Below, piece by piece: positions 18,287 through 30,017 of a DNA stretch of 64,000 bases; position 1 is the first letter of the stretch; the number at the start of each line of letters is the position of its first letter. Both the position numbers and the translations under genes were made by a program. The notes beneath the pieces were generated by a model that ran no database searches, was not told where the DNA came from, and was given only the letters and a program-made list of their open reading frames with translations. The stretch covers positions 102,210 through 166,209 of the forward strand of contig QBLY01000004.1 in the NCBI GenBank assembly GCA_003241895.1, in the 5' to 3' direction. This stretch comes from Lysobacteraceae bacterium. GTDB taxonomy: Bacteria > Pseudomonadota > Gammaproteobacteria > Xanthomonadales > Xanthomonadaceae.

Positions 18287-19045
18287 TCAGCGCGGGCTGT
18301 CGTCCTGGTCTTCGCTCTCGGGGCTGGCGTCCGCGGGCACGGTGAGCTCGCCCACCGACTGCAGCTCGCCGATGTCCACGCTGCCTTCGCCGAACTCCTT
18401 CCAGTCACCGTCCTGCATGCGCAGGTACAGGTTGGTGTTCCAGAACTTCTCGTCGTAGAAAGCCGAGCCGTCGATGTTGCGCGAGCCGTTGGGGCCCGGG
18501 ATGGAGATCTTGAGGTTGCCGACGAAGCCGGTGCGGCTGCCGGTGACCTTGCGCTTGCCTTGGCGCAGCTTCTGGTCCAGGCGGGGCCTGGCGGCGCTGT
18601 CGGAGTACTGGGCGTGGAGTTCGTCGCCGATCTCCAGCGCGCGCGTACGCTCGGCCTCGGTCATCTCGCCCCAGTACTTCTCGCGCTGCACCAACATCAT
18701 TTTGTAGGCACGCTCGGACGCCAGGTCCATCCAGACGTACGCGGCCGGGCGATCGACCGCCGCGCCCTGACCCTTCCACAGCATCTCGGCGATCATGCCC
18801 TGCGAGGGCTTGTCGGCGTAGCGGGCGGCGCGGCGGAAATAGACCATCGCGTCGACGTAGTTTTCCTTGCGGTACTCCGCCAGGCCCAGCAGGCGGAAGC
18901 GCAGGTCGGGGTGGTAGCTGAGGAATCCCGACGAGGTCATCACCAGTTCGTCGGTGCTGACGGGCGCTGCGCCCACGGCCGGTGCGGGCATCGGCAGCAC
19001 GAAGGCAAGGCCGAGGGTGAGCAACAGGGGGCGAACAAGCTTCAT
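18287..19045 (-). CDS. Exported Sel1-like repeat protein, about 252 aa
   Basis: Signal peptide [17 protein letters not shown]; Sel1-type segment [37 protein letters not shown]. Confidence 0.7.
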   Translation of the reverse strand: MKLVRPLLLTLGLAFVLPMPAPAVGAAPVSTDELVMTSSGFLSYHPDLRFRLLGLAEYRKENYVDAMVYFRRAARYADKPSQGMIAEMLWKGQGAAVDRPAAYVWMDLASERAYKMMLVQREKYWGEMTEAERTRALEIGDELHAQYSDSAARPRLDQKLRQGKRKVTGSRTGFVGNLKISIPGPNGSRNIDGSAFYDEKFWNTNLYLRMQDGDWKEFGEGSVDIGELQSVGELTVPADASPESEDQDDSPR

Positions 19046-19115
19046 TGGTGGCTCCGGGCCAGTGGGGGCAGCGTGACTATAGTGGGGATGGCGCGTGACG
19101 GTAATCGGTCGCAAG

Positions 19116-19829
19116 TCACGGTGGTGCGACGGGCGTGGTCCATCCCAGCAGCGCCATCGCCAACTCCCACTCGCGGTCGCCCGGCGCGCAGACGCTGAGC
19201 AGGCGGCCATCGTCGGGGTGCGGGAACGACAGCTGCCAGGCGTGCAGCAGCATGCGGTGCACCCCGCGCATGCGGAACGCCTGGTTGTGGCGACCGTCGC
19301 CGTGGCTGGAGTCGCCGATCATGTGGTGGTGGATGTGCTTGAGGTGGCGACGGATCTGCCGGAAGCGCCCCGTCTGCGGCGTGCAGCGCAGCAGCGCGTA
19401 GCGCGACGTCGGGTGCTGCGCGCTGGGGATGTCTAGCTCGGCCGTGGCAAGCACGCGGTAAGCGGTGGTCGCGGGCTTCTTCTGCGGCTTGCCCGGGCCG
19501 CCGTCCAGCGGGTGGTCGATCAGGCCTTCGCCGGGCTCGGGCCAGCCGCGGCACACGGCCAGGTAATCCTTGCGGAAGGCCTGCGACATCAGGCTCTTGC
19601 CCAGCGCCGACGCCGTGTCGCGGTCGAAGGCCAGCAGCAGGCATCCGCTGGTGGCGCGGTCCAGCCGGTGCACCAGGAACACCGGTTTGCCGAACTGTTC
19701 GCGCAGGCGGTCGGCGGCGAAGTCGGTTTCACCGCGGGCCAGCGCGCTGTCGTGCACCATCAGGCCGGCGGGTTTGTTCACCACGGCCAGGCGCTGGTCG
19801 GCGAACAGGATGTCGAGGGCGAGGGTCAC
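19116..19829 (-). CDS. truC: RluA-family pseudouridine synthase, TruC-like
   Basis: VVNKPAGLMVH, HRLDRATSG catalytic motif, TGRFRQIRRHLKHIHH, GDSSHGD. Confidence 0.85.
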   Translation of the reverse strand: MTLALDILFADQRLAVVNKPAGLMVHDSALARGETDFAADRLREQFGKPVFLVHRLDRATSGCLLLAFDRDTASALGKSLMSQAFRKDYLAVCRGWPEPGEGLIDHPLDGGPGKPQKKPATTAYRVLATAELDIPSAQHPTSRYALLRCTPQTGRFRQIRRHLKHIHHHMIGDSSHGDGRHNQAFRMRGVHRMLLHAWQLSFPHPDDGRLLSVCAPGDREWELAMALLGWTTPVAPP

Positions 19830-20036
19830 GTGCGGCCAGGGCGGGGAGCGGGCGGCGATTCTCTCACGGCGCTGCGGTCGCGGGCCCCGCAGCGGAAGGA
19901 CGCGGCGCCTTCGGGCGAACGTCGAGCGGTTCTCTTACACGCCACCCTCACGCCGCGACGGCCGGAACGCTGGCGATGGCTGCGATGAATCGGCATCCTT
20001 GGGCTCGGTCCGGGGAATGGACCGCGTCCTGTCCTG

Positions 20037-22826
20037 ATGGAGCCCTTCATGTCGATCCGTTCGCTTGCCCCGCTGCTGGGCACCCTGCTGCTGACCTTTT
20101 CGCTGGCCGCGCCGGTGCGCGCGCAGCCTGCCGCGCCACCCAAGGGCGCGGTCGAAGTCGCGTCCGTCGAAGGCATCACCGAATACCGGCTTGAAAACGG
20201 CCTGCGCGTGCTGCTGTTCCCCGACGCCACCAAGCCCACGGTCACGGTGAACCTCACCTACCTGGTGGGTTCGCGCCACGAGAACTACGGCGAAACGGGC
20301 ATGGCCCACCTGCTTGAGCACCTGCTGTTCAAAGGCACGCCCGACAACGACGACATCCCCGGTGAAATGCGCCGTCGCGGCATCCGCTACAACGCCAGCA
20401 CCTGGGTGGACCGCACCAACTACTTCGGCAGCTTCGCCGCCGGCGAAGACAACCTCGACTGGCTGCTGTCGCTGGAAGCCGACCGCATGGTGAACTCGCA
20501 CGTGCGCCGCGCCGACCTCGACAGCGAGATGACGGTGGTCCGCAACGAGATGGAATCGGGCGAAACCAACCCGGTGCGCGTGCTGCTGCAGCGCATGTCG
20601 GCCACGGCCTACCTGTGGCACAACTACGGCAAGTCCACCATCGGCGCCCGCTCGGACGTGGAAAACATGCCGATCGAGCGGCTGCAGGCCTTCTACCGCA
20701 CGCACTACCGCCCCGACAACGCCACCCTGCTGGTGGCCGGCCGCATCGACCCGGCGCAGACGCTGGCCAAGGTGGTGGCCGCCTTCGGTCCGCTCAAGCG
20801 CCCGGCCGAGCCGGTGCAGGCCACCTACACGCAGGAACCCGTGCAGGACGGCGAACGCGAAGTGGTGGTGCGCCGCGTCGGCGACACGCGCCTGATCGGC
20901 CTGAACTACCACCTGCCGGCCGCAGCCCATCCCGACAGCGCGCCGCTGGAAGTGCTGGGCCAGGTGCTGGGCGACACGCCCGGCGGCCGCCTGCACAAGG
21001 CGCTGGTCGAACCCGGCCTGGTGACGTCGGTGAGCGCCAGCGCCTGGCAGCTGGCCGAACCCGGCACCATGCTGATGCTGGCCCAGCTGCCGCGCGACGG
21101 GGACGACGAAGCCGTCGCCGCCGAACTGATCAAGCAGGTGGAAACCGCCACCGCCACGCCCTTCACCGCCGATGAAGTGGCCAAGGCCAAGACCCAGCTG
21201 CTCAAGGACGCCGAGCTGCTGTTCAACGACGCCAACGCCACCGCCACGGCGCTGTCCGAGGCCATCGCCTCGGGCGACTGGCGCCTGTTCTTCCTGCACC
21301 GCGACCGCATCGAGGCGGTGACCGCCGACGACGTCATGCGCGTCGCCAAGGCCTACCTCAAGCCCAGCAACCGCACGCTGGCGCGCTTCATTCCCACCGA
21401 CGCGCCCGATCGCGCCGAAATCCCGGCCACGCCGGACGTGGCCGCGCTGGTGGCCAATTACAAGGGACGCGCGGCCGTGGCCGCGGGCGAGGCTTTCGAT
21501 CCCACGCCCGCGAACATCGACAGCCGCACCGTCGTGTCCAAGCTGGCCAACGGCACCGAACTGGCGCTGCTGGCCAAGCAAACGCGCGGCGACACGGTGT
21601 CGATCAGCATGGCGCTGCGCTTCGGCGGCCTGGACGACGTGATGGACCGCGAGGGGGCGGCCAGCCTTGCCGCGGCCATGCTTTCACGCGGAACGAAGTC
21701 GATGAGCCGCGAACAGATCAGCCGCCGCCTGGACGACCTGAAGGCCCGGTTGAACATCAACGGCTCCGCCCAGTCCGTGGCCGTGGGCGCCAGCACCACG
21801 CGCGAACACCTGCCCGAAGTGGTGGCCCTGATCGCGGAAATGCTCAAGACCCCGTCTTTCCCCGAGACCGAGTTCGAGCAGCTGCGCGGGCAGTTCATCA
21901 CCGGCATCGAATCACAGCGCAGCGAGCCGCAGTCGGTGGTGGGGCTCGCCAGCAGGCGTCACTTCGGCAAGCAGTGGCCCAAGGGCCACCCCTACTACGC
22001 CGCCACCGTCGAAGAGGCCTTGGGTGATCTCAGGCGCGTGACGCTTTCCGAACTGCGCACCTACCACGCGGCGTTCTATGGCGCGGGCAATGGCGACATC
22101 GCGGTGGTCGGTGATTTCGACCCGGCGCAGGTCGCGGCGCTGATGCAGCAGCACTTCGGCGACTGGACGTCGGCCAAGGCCTTCGAGCGCATCCCGATGC
22201 CGGTCGCCAACGCGCCGGTGGTGGTGCAGATGGACGAAACGCCGGACAAGGCCAATGCCGTCATCCTGCAGTTCGCCCAGTTCCCGGTGTCCGATTCGCA
22301 CCCCGACTACGCGGCGCTGGTGGTGGCCAACAACATCTTCGGCGGCGGCGGCATGAAGTCGCGCCTGGGCGATCGCGTACGCCAGACGGATGGCCTGAGC
22401 TACTCGGTCGGCTCGGGCTTCAACGCCGGCATCCAGGACGAAGCCGCCAGCCAGCAGCTGTTCGCCATCGCCGCGCCGGAGAACATCGCCAAGGTGAAGC
22501 AGGCCTTCGCCGAGGAAATGGCGCGCCTGGTGAAGGACGGCGTCACCGGGGCCGAACTCAAGGACGCGGTGGACGGCATCCTCAAGGGCCGGGTGCTGGG
22601 CCGCGCCGAGGACGGCGCCCTGGCCGGCCAGCTGCGCAGCAACCTCTACTACGACCGCACGCTGGCCTGGAGCGCCGAGCTCGAGGCGAAGATGGCGGCG
22701 CTGACCAAGGCCGACGTGGACGCGGCCATCCGCAGGCACTTCGGCACCGCCGGCTACTCGGTGTTCGCCGCCGGCGATTTCGCCAAGGTCGCCGCCGCAC
22801 AGCCCGAGGCCGCCACCACGCCCTGA
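20037..22826 (+). CDS. Exported M16 family zinc protease (pitrilysin/PqqL-like), about 925 aa
   Basis: HxxEH motif GMAHLLEHLLFKG, NASTWVDRTNY, four-domain length, signal peptide; start may be 20049. Confidence 0.92.
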   Translation: MEPFMSIRSLAPLLGTLLLTFSLAAPVRAQPAAPPKGAVEVASVEGITEYRLENGLRVLLFPDATKPTVTVNLTYLVGSRHENYGETGMAHLLEHLLFKGTPDNDDIPGEMRRRGIRYNASTWVDRTNYFGSFAAGEDNLDWLLSLEADRMVNSHVRRADLDSEMTVVRNEMESGETNPVRVLLQRMSATAYLWHNYGKSTIGARSDVENMPIERLQAFYRTHYRPDNATLLVAGRIDPAQTLAKVVAAFGPLKRPAEPVQATYTQEPVQDGEREVVVRRVGDTRLIGLNYHLPAAAHPDSAPLEVLGQVLGDTPGGRLHKALVEPGLVTSVSASAWQLAEPGTMLMLAQLPRDGDDEAVAAELIKQVETATATPFTADEVAKAKTQLLKDAELLFNDANATATALSEAIASGDWRLFFLHRDRIEAVTADDVMRVAKAYLKPSNRTLARFIPTDAPDRAEIPATPDVAALVANYKGRAAVAAGEAFDPTPANIDSRTVVSKLANGTELALLAKQTRGDTVSISMALRFGGLDDVMDREGAASLAAAMLSRGTKSMSREQISRRLDDLKARLNINGSAQSVAVGASTTREHLPEVVALIAEMLKTPSFPETEFEQLRGQFITGIESQRSEPQSVVGLASRRHFGKQWPKGHPYYAATVEEALGDLRRVTLSELRTYHAAFYGAGNGDIAVVGDFDPAQVAALMQQHFGDWTSAKAFERIPMPVANAPVVVQMDETPDKANAVILQFAQFPVSDSHPDYAALVVANNIFGGGGMKSRLGDRVRQTDGLSYSVGSGFNAGIQDEAASQQLFAIAAPENIAKVKQAFAEEMARLVKDGVTGAELKDAVDGILKGRVLGRAEDGALAGQLRSNLYYDRTLAWSAELEAKMAALTKADVDAAIRRHFGTAGYSVFAAGDFAKVAAAQPEAATTP

Positions 22827-22851
22827 GCCCGCGCAGCTTCCAGCGCAACGA

Positions 22852-22882
22852 AAAGGCCCCGCTCAGGCGGGGCCTTTGTTTT
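22852..22882. terminator. Bidirectional intrinsic terminator
   Basis: AAAGGCCCCGC-TCAG-GCGGGGCCTTT hairpin with an A-run before and a T-rich run after, between convergent genes. Confidence 0.85.
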
Positions 22883-22920
22883 CAACGCGTCTGGACGAGG
22901 GACTTCAGGCAAGCCGGCCC

Positions 22921-24543
22921 TCAGCTGAAGACGCCGTCGTACTGCTTGCGCAGCTCGGCCTTCTGGACCTTGCCCGTGCCGCCCACGGGCAGGGACTCTA
23001 CGAACACCACGTCGTCGGGCACCCACCACTTGGCCACGCGCTCGGACAGGAAGGCCAGGATCTCGTCCTTCCCCAGCGACTGCCCCGGGCGGCGCACGAT
23101 GAACAGCAGCGGGCGCTCTTCCCACTTGGGATGCTTCACGCCGATCACCGCGGCCATGGCCACGTCGGGGTGGCCCATGGCGGCGTTTTCCAGGTCGATG
23201 GAGCTGATCCATTCGCCGCCGGTCTTGATGACGTCCTTGGTACGGTCGCGGATCTGCATGATGCCGCCGGGCTCGATGGTGGCGATGTCGCCGGTGGGGA
23301 ACCAGCCGTCCACCAGCGGCGACGCTTCGCCCTTGTAGTAGCCGCTGGCGATCCACTGCCCGCGCACCAGCAGCTCGCCCTGCGAGGTGCCGTCGCGCGG
23401 CAGGGTGGCGCCGTTCTCGTCCACCACCTTGATCTCGACCCCGAACAGCGACTTGCCCTGGCGCGCGACGATGGCGTGCTGCTCGGCCGGCGGCAGCAGC
23501 TCGTTCTCCGGCGTCAGGCAGCCGATGGTGGCCACCGCCGTGGTTTCGGTCATGCCCCAGCCGTGGCGGACTTCCACGCCGTATTTTTCGGCGAACTTGG
23601 CGATCAACGCGGCCGGCATGGCCGAACCGCCCACGGTGGTGCGGCGCATGGTGCTGAAGCGCAGCCCGTGCTGTTCGACGTGCTGCAGCAGGCCCAGCCA
23701 GATGATCGGCACGCCCGCCGTTACCGTGACGCGTTCAGCCTCCATCAGTTCATGCAGGCTGGCGCCGTCCAGGCGCGGGCCCGGCAGCACCAGGCGCGCG
23801 CCGGCGATCGGCGCGCCGTAGGGAATGCACCAGGCGTTGATATGGAACATGGGCACCACCGGCAGCACGGTGTCCTTGGGCGACAGCGACATCACGCCGG
23901 GCAGGCAGCCCGACAGCGCGTTTAGCACGATCGCGCGGTGCGAATACAGCACGCCCTTGGGATGGCCGGTGGTGCCCGACGTGTAGCACAGCGCCGCGCC
24001 GGTGCGTTCGTCGAAATCGGGCCAGTCGAAGCGGTCGTCGTGGGCCGCGATCAGGTCCTCGTAGCACAGCACGTTGGCCACGCCGTCCACGGCAACGGTG
24101 TTGTCGCCGTCGCTCAGGCACACCCAGGCCTTCACCTTCGGGCAGTGCGCGGCGATGCCCTTCACCAGCGGCGCGAAGGTGGTGTCGAACAGCACCACCT
24201 CGTCGTCGGCGTGGTTGATGATGTAGACCAGCTGCTGTGCCTGCAGGCGCGGGTTGCAGGTGTGCATCACCATGCCGCTGCCCGAGACGGCGAAGTAGGC
24301 CTCGAGGTGGCGGTGGTTGTTCCAGGCGATCGAGCCGACGGCGCTGCCCGGCCCCAGCCCCAGCGCCTTGAGCGCGTTGGCCAGCTGGCGCGAGCGCACG
24401 GCGCAGTCGGCATAGGTGTAGCGGAACAGCGGACCGTGGGTTTCGCGCGACACCACGTCCACGCTGCCGAACTGCGCCGCGGCGTGTTCGATGATCCCCG
24501 AGATCAGCAGGGGGCGGTCCATCATCTGGCCGGGCTGGAACAT
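22921..24543 (-). CDS. Acyl-CoA synthetase (long-chain fatty acid / 3-methylmercaptopropionate-CoA ligase DmdB-like)
   Basis: GQMMDRPLLISGIIEHAA N-terminus, YTSGTTGHPKG AMP-binding motif, GWGMTE, TGD, DRTKDVIKTGGEWISS, GKVQK. Confidence 0.88.
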   Translation of the reverse strand: MFQPGQMMDRPLLISGIIEHAAAQFGSVDVVSRETHGPLFRYTYADCAVRSRQLANALKALGLGPGSAVGSIAWNNHRHLEAYFAVSGSGMVMHTCNPRLQAQQLVYIINHADDEVVLFDTTFAPLVKGIAAHCPKVKAWVCLSDGDNTVAVDGVANVLCYEDLIAAHDDRFDWPDFDERTGAALCYTSGTTGHPKGVLYSHRAIVLNALSGCLPGVMSLSPKDTVLPVVPMFHINAWCIPYGAPIAGARLVLPGPRLDGASLHELMEAERVTVTAGVPIIWLGLLQHVEQHGLRFSTMRRTTVGGSAMPAALIAKFAEKYGVEVRHGWGMTETTAVATIGCLTPENELLPPAEQHAIVARQGKSLFGVEIKVVDENGATLPRDGTSQGELLVRGQWIASGYYKGEASPLVDGWFPTGDIATIEPGGIMQIRDRTKDVIKTGGEWISSIDLENAAMGHPDVAMAAVIGVKHPKWEERPLLFIVRRPGQSLGKDEILAFLSERVAKWWVPDDVVFVESLPVGGTGKVQKAELRKQYDGVFS

Positions 24544-24664
24544 TCGGGCAACTCCTGGGGCGTCATGGCGTCGCCGGACAACGTGCGCTGGCGCGCCTGG
24601 CGGTGTCAAGGCGCGCGGCGTAGGCGTTGCCTGAAGAAGGCCTCGGGGCGCGAGCCCCGCTTCG

Positions 24665-26356
24665 TCAGCGGCGCGGCCAGGCCGCCAGGAAGGCGCCGAA
24701 GGCGCCGAGGCTGGCGATACCGGCCGCCGCAGGGATGCCGAACATGCGCGGCCCGCCCGCATCCAGCCCCACCAGCACCGCCGCCACCACCATCAGCCCG
24801 GTGCCCAGGATGGCGTACACGGTCTGGCGCTGGCCGGCCTTGGAAATGCGCGCCAGCTCGGCCAGGTCTTCGCTGCGCATGTGGATGCTGTGCTGGCCGC
24901 GCACCTGCTGGGCCAGGAAATCGTGCAGCAGGCGCGGCATGTCGGGGGCGTGCGTGATCAGCTCGGGCAGGCGCTTGCGGAATTCCTCGCCCAGGCGCGC
25001 GGGGCTGTAGCGATCGCGCAGGATGCGTTCGAGCACCGGGCGCGCTTCGGCCCAGATGTCGAGCTTGGGGTCGAGCTGGCGGCCCACGCCTTCGATGTTG
25101 AGCAGGGTTTTTTGCAGCAGGATCAGCTGGGGCTGCAGGGTGAGCTCGTAGCGCTGGGCGGTCTTGAACAGCTTCACCAGCACCTCGCCCAGCGATATCT
25201 CGCTCAGCGGACGGGTGAAGTAGGGCTCGCAGACCGAGCGCGTTGCGGCCTCGAGTTCATCGATGCGGATGTGCGAAGGCATCCAGCCCGCCTCGATGTG
25301 CAGTTCGGCGATGCGGCGGTAGTCGCGCTGGAAGATCGCCATGAAGTTCTCGGCCAGGTAGTACTGGTCGCGGCGGTCGAGCTGGCCGACGATGCCGAAA
25401 TCGATGGCGATGAAGCGCGGGTTTTCCTTGCGGTCGGCGTCCACCCAGATGTTGCCGGCGTGGGCGTCGGCGTGGAAGAAGTTGTCGCGGAACACCTGGG
25501 TGTAGAACACGCGCACGCCCTTGGCCGCCAGCGCCTTGCGGTTGATGCCGGCGGCGTCCAGCGCGGCCACGTCGTCGGACGGGATGCCGCGCACCCGCTC
25601 CATGGTCAGCACGGTTTCGGTGCTGTAGTCCCAGAACACCTCGGGCACGTACAGGTCGTCGCTGCCCAGCCAGGTGCGGCGCATCTGGCTGGCGTTGGCG
25701 CCTTCGCGCTGCAGGTCGAGTTCGGCGAACAGCGTGGCCTCGATCTGCGACACCACGTCCTGGGCGCGCAGCTTCTCGGCGTTGGGATGGTGGCGGTCGG
25801 CCAGCGAGGCCAGCGTGCGCAGCAGGGCGATGTCGGCATTGATGCGCTTGCGGATGTCCGGGCGCAGCACCTTGACCACCACTTCGCGGCCGTCGTGCAG
25901 GCGCGCCGCGTGCACCTGGGCGATGGACGCCGAGGCCAGCGGGATGAGTTCGAACTCCGAATAAACCGCCGACACCGGCTGGCCGAGCGCCGCCTCGATG
26001 GCGGCCTGCGCCTGTTCGCCGGGGAACGGCGCCACGCGGTCCTGCAGCAGGGTGAGTTCCTGTGCGATGTCATTGGGCAACAGGTCGCGGCGCGTGGACA
26101 GCACCTGGCCGAACTTCACGAAGATCGGGCCCAGCTCCTGCAGCGCCAGGCGCAGGCGCTGGCCGCGCGGAAGCTCGCCGGCGCCGCTGCGGCGCGGGGT
26201 GATGGGCTTGAGCAGCCACAGCCAGCGGCCAAGGACCGTGGGCTTGAGGAAATCGTCCAGCCGGTGCCGCAGCAGCACGCGGGCAATGCCGACCGCGCGC
26301 AGCGTGGACGTGACGCCGCGCGAACCGCCGCGCACCAGGTCCACGGTGGTGCTCAT
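24665..26356 (-). CDS. ubiB: Ubiquinone biosynthesis kinase-like protein UbiB
   Basis: [49 protein letters not shown]; ATGA-coupled to ubiJ. Confidence 0.95.
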   Translation of the reverse strand: MSTTVDLVRGGSRGVTSTLRAVGIARVLLRHRLDDFLKPTVLGRWLWLLKPITPRRSGAGELPRGQRLRLALQELGPIFVKFGQVLSTRRDLLPNDIAQELTLLQDRVAPFPGEQAQAAIEAALGQPVSAVYSEFELIPLASASIAQVHAARLHDGREVVVKVLRPDIRKRINADIALLRTLASLADRHHPNAEKLRAQDVVSQIEATLFAELDLQREGANASQMRRTWLGSDDLYVPEVFWDYSTETVLTMERVRGIPSDDVAALDAAGINRKALAAKGVRVFYTQVFRDNFFHADAHAGNIWVDADRKENPRFIAIDFGIVGQLDRRDQYYLAENFMAIFQRDYRRIAELHIEAGWMPSHIRIDELEAATRSVCEPYFTRPLSEISLGEVLVKLFKTAQRYELTLQPQLILLQKTLLNIEGVGRQLDPKLDIWAEARPVLERILRDRYSPARLGEEFRKRLPELITHAPDMPRLLHDFLAQQVRGQHSIHMRSEDLAELARISKAGQRQTVYAILGTGLMVVAAVLVGLDAGGPRMFGIPAAAGIASLGAFGAFLAAWPRR

Positions 26357-26991
26357 GCGGCGGGCCCCGGATCGAGCCGGCCAAAGCGGGCGGCCAGGCG
26401 TTCGGCGCGGTCGCGCAGGTCGTCCACGTCGTCATGGAAGGCGGCCAGCTCGGCCTTGCCGACGATGTCGCGGGACTCTTCGGTGAGGTAGTCGGCGGCG
26501 TCGCGGCTGAAACCCTTGGCGAAGCCGGCGCCCGCCTGGAAGGCTTCGCGCAGCACGCGCGACACCTGCGGGCCGATGATCGGACCCAGCAAGTCGGCGA
26601 AAGGTTTGTCCCAGTCGGGGTCGAACGATTGCGCCAGGTGCTGCACGGTGCGGGCCAGTTCGGCGTCGCCGTTGATGCGCACCTTGCCCACCGGCGGCGC
26701 GCCGGGCGTGCGCAGGAAGGGCAACTGCGACAGCACGCCGGAGATCGTGGCGCGGATGCCCAGGTCGGGTTCATCGGTGGACGGACCCACCTTCAGGCGG
26801 CCATCGGCCACGGTGATGTCCAGGGCAACCGGCGGGGCCTCCAGGGCCAGGCCGATACGACGACCGCCCAGGCGCGCGAGCGCCTGGGCGGTGTCGGGAT
26901 CCAACGCCACGAGCCGGTTCAAGGCCTGTTCCAGCGCACGGCCAGCCAGGGGCTTGAGGGCATCGAAGGGAGAAGCGGCACGGTCCGTCAT
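26353..26991 (-). CDS. ubiJ: Ubiquinone biosynthesis accessory factor UbiJ (SCP2 domain)
   Basis: [22 protein letters not shown] motif, coiled-coil tail; directly upstream of ubiB. Confidence 0.88.
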   Translation of the reverse strand: MTDRAASPFDALKPLAGRALEQALNRLVALDPDTAQALARLGGRRIGLALEAPPVALDITVADGRLKVGPSTDEPDLGIRATISGVLSQLPFLRTPGAPPVGKVRINGDAELARTVQHLAQSFDPDWDKPFADLLGPIIGPQVSRVLREAFQAGAGFAKGFSRDAADYLTEESRDIVGKAELAAFHDDVDDLRDRAERLAARFGRLDPGPAA

Positions 26992-27053
26992 GCCGCCATT
27001 CTAACGGGGTGGCGTGAAGGATCGGCTAGTTGGGAGCCGGCGCGAACGCCGAC

Positions 27054-27206
27054 CTATCCCTTCTTGAGGAAGGAAACGACCGCAAGGATCAGGAAGACCA
27101 CGAACAGGACCTTGGCAATGGTGGCTGCCATGCCCGCAAGTGAGCCGAAGCCGAGGACCGCCGCGATGATGGCGACGACGAGGAATACCAGCGCGTAATG
27201 GAGCAT
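27054..27206 (-). CDS. DUF1328/UPF0391 small membrane protein, 50 aa (not in the supplied ORF track)
   Basis: Hand translation [50 protein letters not shown]; strong RBS AAGGAG upstream. Confidence 0.92.
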   Translation of the reverse strand: MLHYALVFLVVAIIAAVLGFGSLAGMAATIAKVLFVVFLILAVVSFLKKG

Positions 27207-27345
27207 GGATGCTCTCCTTTTTTGGGGCGCCTGCGGCGCCGGATGGCGGCAGGCAAGATGAAACTAACCCCGGCAACCTGACTCGCCCCTGACACCCGGC
27301 CGCGGGTTTAGCGATCCGTTCAGAAAAGTGAGCGTGGGGACCGGT

Positions 27346-28341
27346 TCACCGCGCCGACCACCATTGGGCCAGCCGCCGCAGGCCTTCGGCCGTGGACACC
27401 GCGGGCACGTAGCCGAAGTCGCGCCGGGCGGCCGAGATGTCGTACCAGTGCGGGGTGGACAGCTGCTCGGCCAGGAAGCGGGTCATGGGCGGCTCGCCGC
27501 CCAAGCGCAGGATGCGCCAGACCACTTCCAGCACCGCACCGGCCGCATACGCCACCGGGTACGGGACGCTCGCCTGCACGGGCGGAACGCCGGCGGCGGC
27601 CAGCATGTCGTTGACGATCTGTCGCACCGGCCGGGGTTCACCGTTGGAAATGAAGTACGCCTTGCCGGCGCAGGCGGCGCCGGGCCGCAGCGCGGCGAAG
27701 GCATCCAGGTGCGCCTGGGCGGCGTTGTCGATGTAGGTCGTGTCCATGCGGTTGTGGCCGCCGGCGATGAAGCGCAGTCGCCCCGCGTTCGCGCGCTCCA
27801 CCAGACGCGGCAGCAGCTGGGTGTCGCCCGGCCCCCAGATCAGGCGCGGGCGCAGGGCCACGGTGGCCAGCGCGGCGTCGTTGGCGGCGAGCACTTCCTG
27901 CTCGGCGATCAGTTTGGTGGCCGGGTAAGGCGCCTTGAAATGCTCGCCGTAGGGCGTGTTGGCCTCGTTGCCGCCTTGCACCGGCGTGCGGCCGCTGTGG
28001 GTGACGCTGGGCGTGGACGTGTAGACCAGCCGGCCGATACCGTGCGCACGCATCGCCGCCAGCACGCTGCGGGTGCCGACCACGTTGGCGTTGAAATAGC
28101 TGGCGTGGCTGCCCCAGGCGCCGGCTTTGGCGGCATTGTGGAAGATGGCCTCCTGGCCGGCGAACGCGGCGTGCACGGCGGCGGCATCGGCCAGGTCGCC
28201 GCGCACCTGGCGCACGCCCATCGCCTCGAGCGCCGGCGAGAAGCTGCGCTGGAAGCTGCTCACCTCATGCCCCTGCGCCACCAGCGCCCGGCACAGCGCC
28301 TGCCCCAGGAACCCCGCCCCGCCGGTTACCAGCACCTTCAT
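27346..28341 (-). CDS. oleD: 2-alkyl-3-oxoalkanoate reductase OleD
   Basis: [43 protein letters not shown]; ATGA-coupled to oleC. Confidence 0.9.
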   Translation of the reverse strand: MKVLVTGGAGFLGQALCRALVAQGHEVSSFQRSFSPALEAMGVRQVRGDLADAAAVHAAFAGQEAIFHNAAKAGAWGSHASYFNANVVGTRSVLAAMRAHGIGRLVYTSTPSVTHSGRTPVQGGNEANTPYGEHFKAPYPATKLIAEQEVLAANDAALATVALRPRLIWGPGDTQLLPRLVERANAGRLRFIAGGHNRMDTTYIDNAAQAHLDAFAALRPGAACAGKAYFISNGEPRPVRQIVNDMLAAAGVPPVQASVPYPVAYAAGAVLEVVWRILRLGGEPPMTRFLAEQLSTPHWYDISAARRDFGYVPAVSTAEGLRRLAQWWSAR

Positions 28342-29993
28342 GCCGGGCTCCGGGACTGGGCCCAGACGGCGAGCTGTTCGCGGCCGATCTTGGCGTTGTG
28401 GCGGATGTCCACCGGGAAGCCCGGGTGCACCAGGAAGGTTTCGATGCGGGCGGTATGCACGAAGCCCAGGCCCTGGCGCCGCAGCTGTTCGATCACGCGC
28501 GGATGTTCGGAGCGCGGCAGGCCGGCGCGCATTTCCACGCACAGCACCGGCCGCTGGCGCCCGGGCTCACCCACGCCCACCAGCGCCGTGCGCGCCACGT
28601 CGGGGTGGGTGTTGAACACCGGCTCCACCTGTTCGGTGTACAGGCCACCCAGTCCGGTGCGCACCCGGTGCGACTTGCGGCCGCAGAACCACAGCCGGCC
28701 CTGCGCATCCAGCCGACCCAGGTCGCCCATGCGGTGCACGATGCGCACGCTGCCGTCGGCCAGCGTTTCGCGGATCTTCGCCAGCACGGTGGCCTGGGGA
28801 CGGTTGAAGTATTCGTCGGTGACGGTGGGCCCGGCGACGGTGATTTCGCCGATGGCCTCGGCGCCCAACTCCACTACGTCCTTCCAGTCGGCGATGGCGT
28901 CGTCGCTGATGGCGATCAGGCGTACGTCGTTCGGCGGCACCGGGCGGCCGACGCAAGTGCCGGCGCCCTGTTCGGTGGCTTCGCGGGTGGCCTGCAGTTC
29001 GCGGCCTTCGATCACCGCCACGGGCAGGCATTCGGTGGCGCCGTAGGGCGTCCAGAACTGCGCCGATTCGGGCAGCAGCTGGCGCATCTTCGCCACCACG
29101 TCGGCCGGCACCGGCGCACCGGCCGACGTGACGCGGCGCAGGCCCGGCAGCGGCGCGCCGTGGTCGGCCAGCACGCGCATCAGGGCCGGCGAGCCGAACA
29201 GCTGGTCCACGCCGAAGGCCTCGATGGCGTGCAGCAGCTTGCGCGGATCGGCCTTCGCGGGCTGCGTGGGGTCCATGTCGGGGATGATCGAGCTCACGCC
29301 CAGCGCCGGATCGAACAGCGCGAACGGCGGGAAGGTCGGCAGGTCCACGCCGCCGGGCGCGATGCCGAAGGCGTCGCGCAGCATGTCCACCTGCGCCACG
29401 AAATGGCGATGGCGATACACCACGCCCTTGGGCACGCCGGTGGATCCGGAGGTGAACAGGATGGCGGCCACGTCGTCGGGCCGGGTATCGGCCAGCTGCG
29501 GGCCAGCGCCCTGGCCCGCGGCCTCGACCTGCGCCAGGCCCACGCCGCCCCAGAACCAGCGGCGCCCCGCCGTGACAACGGTGGTTGCGCTGCGCGCCCA
29601 GCCCAGCACCAGGCGCGCAACCTGCGCCAGCGGGATGCCGATGAAGGCCTGCGGCGCGGCTTCGTCCAGGCATTGTTTCAGCGCGCGCTTGTCGATGCCC
29701 GGGTCCACCAGCACCGGCACGGCGCCGGCCTTGAACAGCGCGAACATCAGCAGGAAAAACTCGGGCGACGGCCGCACCATCACCACGGCGCGGGTGCCGC
29801 GCACGATGCCGTGGCGGGCAAAGCCGGCCGCCAGCGCGTCCGATCGCTGGTCGAGTTCGCGGTAGGTCAGCGTGACGTCATAGCGCGCCAGGCCACCGGC
29901 GCCGCGCGAGCCGGGGCAGCGCATCGCGATGCGGTCGGGCGACTGCGCGGCCAGGCGCGGCAGCGCGGCGGCGATATTGCAGGTGTCGGTCAT
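28338..29993 (-). CDS. oleC: Olefin beta-lactone synthetase OleC
   Basis: [16 protein letters not shown]-terminus, [34 protein letters not shown]. Confidence 0.92.
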   Translation of the reverse strand: MTDTCNIAAALPRLAAQSPDRIAMRCPGSRGAGGLARYDVTLTYRELDQRSDALAAGFARHGIVRGTRAVVMVRPSPEFFLLMFALFKAGAVPVLVDPGIDKRALKQCLDEAAPQAFIGIPLAQVARLVLGWARSATTVVTAGRRWFWGGVGLAQVEAAGQGAGPQLADTRPDDVAAILFTSGSTGVPKGVVYRHRHFVAQVDMLRDAFGIAPGGVDLPTFPPFALFDPALGVSSIIPDMDPTQPAKADPRKLLHAIEAFGVDQLFGSPALMRVLADHGAPLPGLRRVTSAGAPVPADVVAKMRQLLPESAQFWTPYGATECLPVAVIEGRELQATREATEQGAGTCVGRPVPPNDVRLIAISDDAIADWKDVVELGAEAIGEITVAGPTVTDEYFNRPQATVLAKIRETLADGSVRIVHRMGDLGRLDAQGRLWFCGRKSHRVRTGLGGLYTEQVEPVFNTHPDVARTALVGVGEPGRQRPVLCVEMRAGLPRSEHPRVIEQLRRQGLGFVHTARIETFLVHPGFPVDIRHNAKIGREQLAVWAQSRSPA

Positions 29994-30017
29994 ACGCCAG
30001 CCGCGGCCGCAGGCCGG

